A DNA stretch of 64,000 nucleotides from Mustelus asterias (taxonomy: Eukaryota). The stretch lies in contig NC_135817.1 in the NCBI RefSeq assembly GCF_964213995.1, forward strand, positions 48,422,001 to 48,486,000, written 5' to 3'. Each line of letters opens with the position of its first letter. Position 1 is the first letter of the stretch. A program made the position numbers and the translations under genes. Of this stretch, positions 1 through 12,978 are shown one piece after another. The notes beneath the pieces are model-generated. The model saw only the letters and a list, made by a program, of their open reading frames with translations, did no database searches and was not told where the DNA came from.

Positions 1-2129
1 TTGCTCGCTGTAAGTCCAACGGAAGAAAATGTCATCGATGTCTCCCATGTATAGCATCGGTTGAAGGTCCTGTGCGGTGAAGAGGTCTTGTTCGAACCTG
101 TGCATGAAGATGTTGTCATATTGAGGTGCAAATTTCGTCCCCATGGCTGTTCCGTGCGTCTGGATGAAGAACTGGTTGTTGAAGGTGAAGACGTTGTGGT
201 CCAGGATGAAGCAGATGAGTTGTAGAATTGCGTCTAGAGATTGGCAGTTGTCGGCGTTGAGTACTGAGGCAGTTGCAGCAATGCTGTCATCGTGGGGGGA
301 TCTTGGTGTAGAGTGCCGAGACATCCATTGTGACAAGGAGTGTTCCTGGTTCAACTGCTCCATGGGTGCTGAGCTTCTGTAAGAAATCCATAGTGTCGCG
401 ACAGAAGCTGGGGGTTCTTTGTACGATGGTTTTCAGGATGCCCTCGATGTAGCCAAAGAGGTTCTCGCACATGGTCCCATTGCTTGATACGATGGGACGG
501 CCGGGTGAGTTGGTCTTGTGTATCTTTTGGAGGCAGTAGAGATCTCCAATGCAGAGAGTATGTGGGATGAGAGCATGGAGGGTGCTCTGAAGGTCCGGAT
601 CAAAGGTCTTGGTCTGTTGAGTTGACGGGTGTGTTCTTTGGTCGGATCTGTGGGTAACTGTTTGAAGTGTTCCTCGTTGTTGAGTTGTCGGTATACTTCT
701 TTGCAGTAATCCGTTCTGTTCAGTATGACAGTGGCCCCTCCTTTGTCTGCTGGTTTGATGACAATGTTGCGGTTGGTCTTGAGAGCGCGGTTGGTGTTGT
801 GTTGTGCTTGGGTGACGTTCGGGGCTGTCTTGCGAGTGTGGCTGATGAATCTGGCATTGACGCACCTCCTGATGGCTTGGGCATACATGTCGAGTCGAGG
901 GCAGCGGCCTTCCGGAGAAGTCCAATTTGACTCTTTGCTCTTTGGTTGCTGCACCGCGGATCTCTCTGTCGGCTGTTCTGGTTCATTGGCTGTATCATTG
1001 GATTCACTGTTGGCCTTTTGGGGTTTGTGGAAGAACTCCCAGAGCCTCATTCACCTGATGAATTCCTCTGTGTCCGCTGCGAGACTGATGGGGTCTATTT
1101 TGGTGGTGGGGCAGAAATTGAGCCCTTGGCTGAGAACTTAAATTTCATCTGGTTGAAGTGTGTAGTCTGACAAGTTGACAATGGACTTCCCTGCAGTACT
1201 GTTTTCTACTGTGGTACTGGAAGCGGCTTGGTTGCTGTTGGTGATGCTGAGTTTCTCAAGTTTCCTGTTCTTGGTGTGCATGTAGATGGCGTAGTTCTGT
1301 TGTCTCGTCTGCTTGGGAGTGTTTCGCAGCTGGTCTGCGTCCTGAGCGCAAGTCGAGAATATGGACGCTATCTTGGTTTCCAGGTTGTGGCATCTGCTGT
1401 AGAACTGGTGTATGAGGTGGTTGAGGAGTGTGAGAGAGATCTGACAGCTAAGTCTCTCAGCGTAGTCTATGTTATAGGTTGACCTGAGCAGGGATGTACT
1501 TCTGAGGCTTTATAAAGCACTGGTTAGGCCCCATTTGGAGTACTGTGAGCAATTTTGGGCCCCACACCTCAGGAAGGACATACTGGCACTGGAGCGGGTC
1601 CAGCGGAGATTCACACGGATGATCCCAGGAATGGTAGGCCTGACATACGATGAACGTCTGAGGATCGTGGGATTATATTCATTGGAGTTTAGGAGGTTGA
1701 GGGGAGATCTGATAGAAACTTACAAGATAATGAACGGCTTAGATAGGATGGACGTAGGGAAGTTGTTTCCATTAACAGGGGAGACTAGGACGCGGGGGCA
1801 CAGCCTTAGAATAAAAGGGAGTCACTTTAGAACAGAGATGAGGAGAAATTTCTTCAGCCAGAGAGTGGTGGGTCTGTGGAATTCATTGCCACAGAGGGCT
1901 GTGGAGGCCGAGACGTTGAGCGTCTTCAAGACAGAAATTGATAAATTCTTGATTTCTCGAGGAATAAAGGGCTATGGGGAGAGAGCGGGTAAATGGAGTT
2001 GAAATCAACCATGATTGAATGGTGGAGTGGACTCGATGGGCCGAATGGCCTTACTTCCGCTCCTATGTCTTATGGTCTTATGGTCTTATGGTTTGTGATC
2101 TGTAGTCCTTTCGACATCTTGTCTGCTTC
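1..2129 (-). mobile_element. Penelope-like retroelement, frameshifted RT ORF, interrupted by a CR1 insertion
   Basis: PGRPIVS, LVTMDVSALYT, GTAMGTKFAP and DIDDIF motifs across frames; the reading frame resumes after 2090. Confidence 0.9.
1489..2088 (+). mobile_element. CR1 LINE 3' fragment nested in the PLE
   Basis: EYCEQFWAPHLRKDILALERVQRRFTRMIPG...FFSQRVVGLWNSLP; (TCTTATGG)n tail. Confidence 0.93.
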
Positions 2130-2605
2130 ACCAGGCAGGAGTGTTCCCTTCCTGTCGGGGAACACTTCAGCAGTCAAGGGCATTCAGCCTCTGATCTTTG
2201 GGTAAGCGTTCTCCAAGGTGGCCTTCAAGACACACAACAACATAGAATTGCCGAGCAGAAACTGATAGCCAAGTTCCGCACACATGAGAACGGCCTCAAC
2301 TGGGATCTTGGGTTCATGTCACACTACCTTTAACCCCCATGACTTACCTGGGTTTGCAAAATCTCATAACTGTCCTGGCGTGAGACAATTCACCTCTTTA
2401 ACCTGTACTTAACCCTCTCTCCACTCACATTGCCTGCACCTGTAAAGACTTGATTATCTGTTAAGACTCGCATTCCAACCATTATCTTGTAAATTGAGAC
2501 TGTGTCTATATATGCCCTGTTTGTGACCCCAATCCTCCACTCCCCCGAATAAGGGGCAGCGCCCCGAAAGCTCGTGCTATCAAATAAACCTGGTGTTGTT
2601 ACATT
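2130..2605 (+). mobile_element. Inverted 3' end (pseudo-LTR) of the PLE: GIY-YIG C-terminus plus 3' UTR with a degenerate hammerhead core
   Basis: PVGEHFSSQGHSASDLWVSVLQGGLQDTQQHRIAEQKLIAKFRTHENGLNWDLGFMSHYL* (stop at 2333); ggggcagcgccccGAAAgctc and aataaa near 2550-2590. Confidence 0.8.
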
Positions 2606-3056
2606 GACTACATTAGCATGGTCACTGAGGATCCTGTACTGCACTTGGCATTTTGTCTAATTACAACATAAATAATATTATAACTAAATTATCCAGGTAT
2701 TTGCCTGATAACAAATCAGTGCTTCTTCCACATGGAGGGATTTAGTAAACAAGCAATAAAAAGTATTTAAAAGCTCTGTTAATATTGCCACACTGTCTTA
2801 CTTCTTTCATCCATCCACAAGAAAATATTTGATGGTAAAAAGAACAAGGCACATCAATGCCGAGTGTGCTCTTGTAAATTGCACATGAACACTTGCAGCA
2901 CTGTACGCAATTATAAAAAGTAATTATTGGCATCAGCCCCGAGATTAATCCATTCATAGCATTAAACTCCTTAAACTCAGACTGTGGGATAAAACAGGAC
3001 CTTGAACGGAAATTTTCATATTCAAATCTTTTGTTCCCATCTATAACTGACCATCA

Positions 3057-3323
<267 letters not shown>

Positions 3324-3579
3324 TTACGGTTCCAACTCATGCCTAGCTCCTCAAACTGCATTTCTTCCTTGCAGTAGGGCAGTTTAAAATCAGAAACTAT
3401 ATTATGCTTTATCCTAGACATTTATAGGTTTACATTGACACCTAATGAATATATGATCACATTTGAAGATTTTTATATTAATTTCATAGCATGAAGGGAC
3501 TTGGCTGTAGCATAGATTATAAACAACTATATTATATCCATCTCTTCTTCTGACAACATGCAAGGATATGAAGCTGGGT

Positions 3580-4760
3580 GCCATCTTGCCAATAATGCTT
3601 TCAGAACAGAAAACTGATCAAAGGTGTTTCACAGGAGTTTAATCAAACAAAATATTGACACCAAGACAAAAGAGTAGACAATAGGGAGAGTGACTAAATG
3701 CCTCATCAAATGGGTAAGTTTTAGGAAGCGTGCAGATCTTAATGGAGCAGAAAGCGGTGGAGAGGTTTAGGGAGAGAACTTGAGACCTCGATGGCTGAAA
3801 GCATGGCCACCAATGGTGGATGAGGGAAGCAGGAGATGGGGGAACACAAAGGTCTGAGGGGGTTGCAGGGCTCAAGGGAATCACAGAGGTAGGGAGTGCA
3901 GAAGCCATAAAAGGGATTTAAACTCTAGGATGAGAACTTCCAGTTGGAGATGTTGGCGGGCCGGAGGTAAATATAAGTCAGTGAGCACAGAGGTGTTCAG
4001 TGAGTGAGACATGGGGAAGAATTTTCCCTGTAGGCTTCAGGATCACGCTGACAGGCTCAAATGGGAGTCAAAGACCTGCACTGTGGGGAAACACTCAACT
4101 GTGATTTTCCAAATTGTCAAATTAATTACCAGAAGGCAGGTTTAATGTCCAATTAAGACTGTTGTTGGCTCTCAAAGCTGGAGGTCCTCCAATAGGAGGT
4201 CCTCAAATCTGGAAGCAGCCGCAGGATACCACTGCAAATAAGTGAGGGAGGCACGCTCTTTCAAACTTTTTGAAAACTAAAATAAAGAAAATTGATCCAG
4301 TAGCTATGCCATTACTTTGGGGGAACCCCTCCACAGGGCAGCCTGCGGCTACTGCTGAACATAGCAAGACAGGGGAGCCTCTAAGCCTATCTGGATTGCC
4401 AGCATCCTGGTCTGCTACCAGCAGGATGGCTCCAGTTAGGTGCACAGTCTCCTCCATCTGTGTGGACAGAGAGGCTGACTGAAAATTGCCAGCCGGCCTT
4501 TAATAATTATCCCTAAGTGGCCATTAAGAGGGACAATTGTCTACCCACTGATAGTGGGTAGTGTTACCTGCAGTAACACCTCTGTTCTGCCTCCAGGAAA
4601 ATGGCCTGGGGGTGGGATGGGACTGTGGAACTAGTACGCTGGTCAGTGGCATCATTTTTGGCTGCTACCCACCTCTGTACTGTCCTTGGTGGGGCCTAAA
4701 AAATTCAGTCCATGATGAAACTTAGTATATGGACAAAATTTGGATGTGTGGTTTATGAAG
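3580..4760 (-). mobile_element. L2-like LINE 3' fragment, interrupted by a MITE
   Basis: Decayed L2-type C-terminal (GGRAFS..AP.LWNSLP-like) and 3' UTR sequence. Confidence 0.5.
4014..4711. mobile_element. Harbinger-like non-autonomous DNA transposon (MITE)
   Basis: Imperfect TIRs gggaagaattt / aaattcagtcc; 3-bp ATG direct repeats at 4011-4013 and 4712-4714. Confidence 0.6.
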
Positions 4761-4962
4761 GTACCGTCCCCAGTAGCAATACTTCTTGACTGAGGTAATA
4801 AGACAAAAGTATCATATTTTTCAATATTTTCCTAAGATTACTATGGTATTCTGTGAAACAGGCTTGTGGTTGTGACTAATTTAATTAGAATGGAGACAGT
4901 TGGACTGGAAGGTTAAACCATAAAAAAGGGAGTTAGGTGTGAAAGCAAGTATTTTAAAGTGG

Positions 4963-5176
4963 AACAAAAACAGAAAAATGCTGGAAAATCTCAGCAGGTC
5001 TGACAGCATCTGTGGAGAGAGAATAGAGTCAACATTTCGAGTCGAGATGACCCTTCATCATCCAGACTCAAAACGTTGGCTCTACTTTCTCTCCACAGAT
5101 GCTGTCAGACCTGCTGAAATTTTACAACATCTTTCTGTTTTTGTTTCAGATTCCAACATCCACAGTATTTTGCGTT
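4963..5176. mobile_element. PLE-derived hairpin (inverted 3' ends) with hammerhead-like core
   Basis: ~95-bp imperfect inverted arms; minus strand reads TGATGAagggtcatctcgactcGAAAtgttg; 13-bp TSD tattttRaagtgg at 4950-4962 and 5177-5189. Confidence 0.8.
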
Positions 5177-7185
5177 TATTTTGAAGTGGCGATGAGCACC
5201 ATAAATAGAAATTTTCACTAGGAAGATAAGAGGTAACTTGAAGTTAATTATTGTATTTCAAAAGCAAAATGTACAATTGATACAGATCGTAAATGCATCA
5301 AGCAAATACTAGTCATAAAATAATGAAAAATCTGTATGTTCTGGGAAAGGAAATTTCCAAAGGGATGTAAGAACAATAGATTCATAAGTGAAAGGGGAAA
5401 AACATATTTAAACAGTGGTTGAATGGGTGTGGTCATGAGACCTTGAACAGCATGCATGCCAAGAACAGATGTGTGAAGAACGCAGATTGCAGCCAACCTC
5501 AGAGACCCTGTAGCAACAGTGAATGTTAGTGGTAATTTTTACTGGAAATTTTACAGAGAAAGTCTACGAGGACTATTACCAAAAAGGGATATTTAGCTTT
5601 GAGTTTAACTAAGCCAAAACCTTTTGGGAAATGTTTGTAGACCTAGTATTAACTGTGTAAATGGAATCTTGTGTGTTCAAGTTTTCGTTTTAAAAAATGT
5701 TTGAATTTAATATTTACAATCTCCAAAAGCGGTTTGAAATTTCTGCTCCTAACTTCAGTGTAGATACTTTCTCTATAAAATACAAACTGTAAATCATTCT
5801 GATAGCTTGTCCAAGTTTCCCTTTGGGATTTGGGCAGCCCGGCAGTTACCACTTGCTATATCATCAGTAAACAGAAGGCTATTTAACAATGGGGACTGGC
5901 ACACTTTTTAACAGAATCCACTAGGTAGTGTTGAGAAGTGGGAATCTTTTTTTCCCCCTAGCTAGCCTACGGGAAGTGACAAACTGTGAAACCTTTTGTG
6001 TTTTTCTGAAAAACAAACAAAACTTTAAATTGTTATTTTATTAGTATTCCACAAACAACACAGGTCATTTATTTAAACTTACTGATTTGCCCTAATGCCC
6101 AGGAAGTTCAATGAAAACAAGATTGTTCAATAATGGCCCAAATTTTGAAAAATAATGCTCCCCATTATTAATGTTTGTAATATCCAGCAACTTCAGAAGA
6201 GATATGACAAGTTTGCAAATTGCCAGAACTTGCTGGTTGATTTACACTGCTCAGCTGTCGCTTAGCACAAATGGCAGCTTGCCTTTGGCCTTATCATTTT
6301 TAAGAACTTGCTGGATTTGCACATTAAACGCATTGCACAAAGTTAGGCCTTGTATGTAGCAGCAAAAGCACCATCTTAATGAGGTAATCATTATTAATGC
6401 AATACCAATCAATGTCTCTGGCTTAGAGAGGGAACCATTTAAACTGCTGAGTTTCATTCCTGCATGTAGTAAATTCTTAAAGTAAAAATTTCAAATTTTT
6501 TTTGCTTTGTCTTTTTTCCTCCTTCGCAACTCAATTGTTCTTTCCCTCTTTATTTCTCCTGTGCACCTGATTTGACTCTAATTTACTCTCCTACTCTGTA
6601 ATTCCCCCATATCTTTACAATCCTTAAATTGCAAAGATGTTGACCCAGTCATTCTGTCAGGTTCCAGTTGCCTTTGCTGCACCCATCAGCTCCCATTTCT
6701 ATCAACTTGAGGTTAAAAATGTTTTGAGCTGAAGGATGCTGGAAAAAATCTAACATGTCATACAGCGAGATATCTTGCTTAAGCAAGAGTTGGATCAATG
6801 TTCAATCTTCCCTTGTAAAAATAATTTGATGACTTAACTAAATTTCTCTCTTATATCTTACTGTTGTGAAATAACAACAGTTCAATTACAGGTCAAGGCA
6901 CAGCATGAGCTGATACTAGACCATGTGGGACAATATCCCATTACTGTCTTCAGGAGAAGAAAATTCACTTATAAAAATCCTGCAACAGAGAAGTTATTTG
7001 GAGTTATTACTAATTGCAATTATTAATGAATTGGAAAAGCATTGGGCAAAGTTTCACATATAATCATTCACCAATCTTTAAAATATGTACAACAAACTTA
7101 CTAAAGTACGTACAATACATGACTCCTAAGCAAAACCTGGTGTCAGATTGTAGATATTTGTACTAATTTACCTTAGCTGGGTGGT

Positions 7186-7503
7186 TGTGGTGAACCATCG
7201 TTGGTTCCCACTGGATAGTACTGAGCCAGGGTCTGGCCAGTACTACAAGGATGTACATATGTTACTGTTGGGTTGTGCTACTTGTTGCTGTTGGGGTTAG
7301 GGTGGGGTTGTTACACCTTTGTACTGTAGTGTTGTGGTACATTCCAGTCGGGCTCCGCCTCCTGGGAGAGGTATAAGAGTCCCTGCTCTGGCTGGGACCC
7401 CTTCAGTCTGGGATAGTGTATATAATTATTGGCTGCTTCATTACAGTAAATAAAAGCCTTTAATTTCCTGAGCATCTGGCCTCGTGTTTGAGAACGCGCA
7501 TCA
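7186..7503 (+). mobile_element. Solo LTR
   Basis: TG...CA ends, TATA-like gtataag, AATAAA, 5-bp TSD GTGGT. Confidence 0.9.
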
Positions 7504-7837
7504 GTGGTTTGTGTTTTTTCTTAGCCAGTTCACTAGAGGGAAAGCCAGAAAGTATGGAGACACTGCATTTTTGTATTAATTGGAAACCAACAATGCCCAT
7601 TTTTCTGTCTGATACTCAGTCTGAAGACCGTTGACTTTGATTGTGAGAATTCCATAGCCCAGAGCGTCCTCCAATTTGGAGGGAATTGCAAGGCAGAAAG
7701 TACCTTTAAAACTTGTAACATGGAATTAGTTTTGACCTTTCAGATGAGAAAGAGCGCAATCTACGCTTCTGTAAATACATCACATGGTAGTCCAACATAC
7801 CACAGCAACTTTGATTTCAGAATTTGACTACTAATTA

Positions 7838-8002
<165 letters not shown>

Positions 8003-8075
8003 TTATTCACTTTTATAATACAATAAAGGTAATATTGTTTTGTAATTGCCATTGCACAATTTTTGAACTAAATTA

Positions 8076-8237
<162 letters not shown>

Positions 8238-10542
8238 CTAAACTACATGAGAAAAGTTTTAGCATTCCTGGAAATTTTCAGTTGTGGTTTCATATTTGTG
8301 AGGGTTTGATGTACCAAATTGAAAATAATTACCGATTATAAAGAAGCTGCAGACAATTGCAAGATTAAATTTTTAATAAAAAATGAAATTAAATGCATTT
8401 GATAATACAATTGAATATTGGGTGATATTAAAACTGAAACTGATTTTCTTCTCTAGATAAAATCTAGTAAAAACAAAAGGGTTCATTGTAGGATGCTGTA
8501 TGTACATATTTTGTTTTCAGTAAAAATGCTTTTTGAGAGATATACTTGCATCTTTTCAACAATTTATAGCATAATAGAAAATTAAAAATAATATACACTA
8601 AGCAACTTTATTGAACATTAACATTTTTTAAGAGCAAGCTTCCTTGACATAGGAAAATACATCTACTATTTTGCTGAATATCTTAATCAGTTACAAAAAT
8701 GAAATACAGACTCTTTTTTTTCTGTAAGTACTTTTACAGGCTTAGTTTTTGTTGACAGTTTTTTTTAGAGCCAATGGACCATTTGTAGCATTGAGCTTCC
8801 AAAGAAAATCTAAGCTGAAACTCAGCAGAAGGGAACGAATGGATTTTTTTGTTCCTGGAGAAAGGGAAAATTGCAAATTAACTCACTTTCCATAAAGGTT
8901 AACATGGAAAATGCAAAACTCTCCAACTTTAAAATGCGAGATGAAACATAGGTTTAATTTCAACTTTTTAAACCGTACTCACATATACGGAACAATTCTA
9001 AATAATTGTGAACTTTAGGACAATTCTAAACCAGGGCTTGAAGAAGTGCTTGTTTGATCTCTGGATACCTAGCTGGTTTTGGCAGGAGCCAAGGGGACTT
9101 AATGTACCAGCAAAATGGGCATGCTGCAGGTTCCATAACATGCATGCCCCTTCAAAATACTAATTGATCTGCAAGATTCTCTCTTTTTCTAGTTGTAAAA
9201 CATCCACTTAATATACTACTAGTCTTGCTAAAGACAGATTGAGGGAAAGCTACTGGGGAGTTGGGTAGTTCTAGTCTCCCTTATACACTGACAATATATT
9301 TTCCTGTTAGAAGCCCGGGAGCATTGGAATTATGGGGAAGATTTTGGCAACTAGTTGAGACAGTGTATCACATCAGGCAGGTAAGAGGCATGAAGGGAAG
9401 TTTAAGGTTCTTCAATTACCTCAAACTATAGAGAAATTAATTAAAATGCTAATTTAAAAAAGTAGAGATACTCTGCAATAATACGTTTTCCAATTTCTAA
9501 GGTTCGTGGAAAAGACAGGTAGACTTCATCTTCAGTCACAATATTTTCTTAAACGAAATGCCACGAGTGTCATTGATGGTTTAAAGTCACATAATTCAAA
9601 ATGAAATGTAGAGTTCATTATTGCTGTTCCAAATTAGAATTAACACCAAATTATTTCTAGTGTACTTACAGGGAAATTATGAGTCTTGCATGGCAATTCA
9701 ATCCTTCAGTTAAAGCCGCATTATATTTTCACAATATATCACTATGCATTGACACAAGCATTTAGCCTACACATCCTAATCAGTATAGCTAATTAAGATC
9801 ATTTATGTTCATTTAATAATGCATCTCTCTGCAGTTTGAACATTTGTAAATCATTATGCTGTGATGTTATCACAGGAGGAGTCACTGTGATAGAAGTGTT
9901 TTCCAGTAGCACCCTCAATTAGATCAGTGGCTGTCTCAAGCCAGGGTTCACAGGCCCCTGGCGGTCCATAGACATTCTTTAAATGTCTGTTAAATAATGT
10001 GACAGTGCCACGGTCAATAAAAAGAATGAGTGACAGCCAAAGCATGCACTGCTCTTTCTCTGTTCTGATCTCTGTTTGCTGACCCAGTGCTCCTGCTAAC
10101 CCCAAACTCTTGCTCTCCCCTGCTTCTTTAGTGCTTTCTCTGCACTCTGCTCTCCCCATATTCCTGCTCTCATTGTGCTCCTGCTAAAGATAGCGAGAAG
10201 CAAGCACAGCAATCTCACAGTAAGCAAGTACCTGACCTTTAAGAATAATTATTAAGACACGCTTTACATGGCAGCACTTTCATATTATGGGTATTGTACT
10301 GCATTATAATTTGGATAGAGGACATCTCTTCAACCAAAAAGTCTGAGAATCATGGAATTTGTGAAGCATGTCACTGTCATTCTGGAACATATCTAAACAT
10401 AAGACATAAAAATACAACCTAAATACATCTATTTTCATTACACCTTTCCTCAAGCAATTATCTACTCTCACTCTGCCTGAATTACTGCTGACAACACTCC
10501 TCTTTCTCAGCTGACAGGAGAACTGATACAAAATGCTATTAC

Positions 10543-10620
10543 GGTACTGAATGGGAGGGCAAGGGATGGGAGAGAAGGGTGAGGAATAAGTTTGAGGAGT
10601 GGGACTTCCACCTAATGCCA
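10543..10620 (-). CDS. Candidate CASK HOOK-region cassette exon (3' end uncertain, unverified)
   Basis: CACTAAC branch site at 10660-10654, pyrimidine tract, AAGCAG tandem acceptor in phase 1; reads (V)ALGGSPTPQTYSSPFSPIPCPPIQY; weak donor ACC|gtaata. Confidence 0.35.
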
Positions 10621-12844
10621 CTGCTTGAACAGATGACAGAGAAAACATGTTAAGTTAGTGAGGTGTCAGAAGTTCAGGGTTCTTTTACTGTCCACTGAAT
10701 GTTGAGTTCTGGTCAAGGTTAATAGGCTGGCAAATTTGCTACTGGACATCATACCTGCACTAAAATAATTAAAGGAATATAATTGCTGCACTCCAGGGTA
10801 CCTCATATCAATTTGCTTTTCAAACGTTTAATCTTTATTAAGCAAATATAGAAACTGGGGTTTCCAACAAAATATAATGCAGCTTTAATTTTTAAATGTG
10901 GATGAGAGGAACAAAAATAAAAAAAGATGGAATAAGGGAGAAAAGTTAACATCAATCACAGTTACTTACATGCATTGAAGCCATTGGGTGGAAGACAGCA
11001 TGAAAAATGTATAAGCATCATTGTTTAAGCAATGTTGCATTGTATTGTTAAGTTACAACCAAAACGTTTAAAACGCACAAAAACCCACATTAAAGCAAAT
11101 CAAATGTTACATTACAAATAAAATGCTGTGTGTGGAAGATATATCTTAATATCCACAGAACGGCAATAGACACATTAGATTGCAAAGGACTTAACTAATT
11201 CTATGTAGATCAAATAACAAACAGCTAGGCCAATTGACAGACGTATGCAGTCTTGACTTAGTTTGGGAGTAGTATGTACATGCTCGTGCTATCACAAATA
11301 TACATATACATCCAAGGCTAGGTTCTATACAATTGCATATTCTATTTGTTCCCTGTTTTCTCAGCTTGTGACAATTGCCATCATAGGCTGTGATTCCACT
11401 TTTTGCAATCCCTTTGCAATGATCAGTGGTTGTGTGCTGTCAAAGATGCATCAATACAGCACAGATTAGGTATATAAACAAATTTAGATGTAAAGCATTC
11501 TATAATTCAAAGCAGAATCTGATTCACCACTCTGGCAAACAGTTGAACCTGGGTACTCTTCTAAGTACCAATTTCATGGTTCAGAGTAATACTTTAGAGG
11601 TAAGTGAGAGTTCTGGGCAGGTTAAAGTTCAGCTGCAAAAAATGGGATAAATACAACTAAAGCAGTATGAAGACGATTATACTTAAAAGGTTGGGGCCAT
11701 GTCGAGTCTATTGTGAGGGAGAGAGGTTCAGCAAGATTAGTTGAGTCGCAGTGTTTACTGATGTCTGGACAAGCTGCTGAGAAATTCATGGGATTTGTCT
11801 TGGTTTCATGCCATTTATTTTAGTGACAAGTGCTTGACCACAATTTGTCTATGTACCTCATATTAACCCCGAATGTTAGAGCATATGATAGGTATTGCAA
11901 ATTGTTTTATCTTTCTGATCTTGTGTAGTAAAGTTTATTTTTGTTTGTTCAAAACCTGGGGAATCTTGTGGCTTTATTCTCTTAACAAGTGTCTTGAATC
12001 TCAAACTTCATCTACATTAAGCAAAATGTTATTGGCCCCATACCAGATCTTAACAAAACCAGATCCTGGTCTGGTCCAGGATCTTAACAGTATGCATTAC
12101 GGGTAAATTTTCTTAATTTATTGCTTACATCAAATTATTACATCAGATTAACTTTATGAATATGTCCCTGGGTGAGTTCAACAACTCCACTGTTTCCTTG
12201 AATTATTATCTGTTACTCGGCTCATCTAGCAGTTAAAATAAAGCATCTGCATACCAAAGATTGAGCTGTCTTTAGCTCAGGCTGTTGTGATACATCTTGG
12301 GTGATTAGTTATATTTTTTCACATATCAAGTTGACAATGCAAATTACAAGGATATAATTTTCAGAAAAGTGGTATGGAACTCTTATAACTGCATAACATT
12401 AGGATGTGCTATTGCTTTCCAAATCCATGCCCAACACTCCAAAACAAAGAAATGAGAGGCAAAGACAGAAAATGAAATTAAACTGGCAATTAAACTAAAA
12501 GGGAATCCAAAAGACAAGGCATAATAGGAGTAAGCAAAAGGAGCACTGAGCCTGATTAGGAACTAAGGAGGGATTTACGCATGGAGCGAGCAGGCATGGC
12601 TGAAGTGCTAAATGAGTGCCAATGAAGAGCTACTAAAAAAAGGCTGGCAATGCCTAAAAGTTGATAGGATACCTGGGCCAAATGAATGCATCCAAGGATA
12701 CTGAGGAAGTAAGGGTAGAAATTGCAGAGATACTGGTAACATTCTTTCAATCTCCCCCCAATTGCATAGCTAGCCTTTTTTTAGTACCTCTTCATTACCA
12801 TAGGACTGGAGAGTTGCAAATGTTACAAATTTGTTCAAGAAAGG

Positions 12845-12919
12845 ATGGCATGCTGACATAGTGGTTAGCACTGCTGCCTCACAGCCCCAGGGACCCCGGT
12901 TCAATTCTGGCCTTGGGTG

Positions 12920-12978
<59 letters not shown>

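Noticed and set aside
12845-12910. tRNA genes at SINE heads (also 33412, 36955, 40152)
   Set aside because: A/B-box similarity only; no complete cloverleaf, and they continue into SINE bodies.
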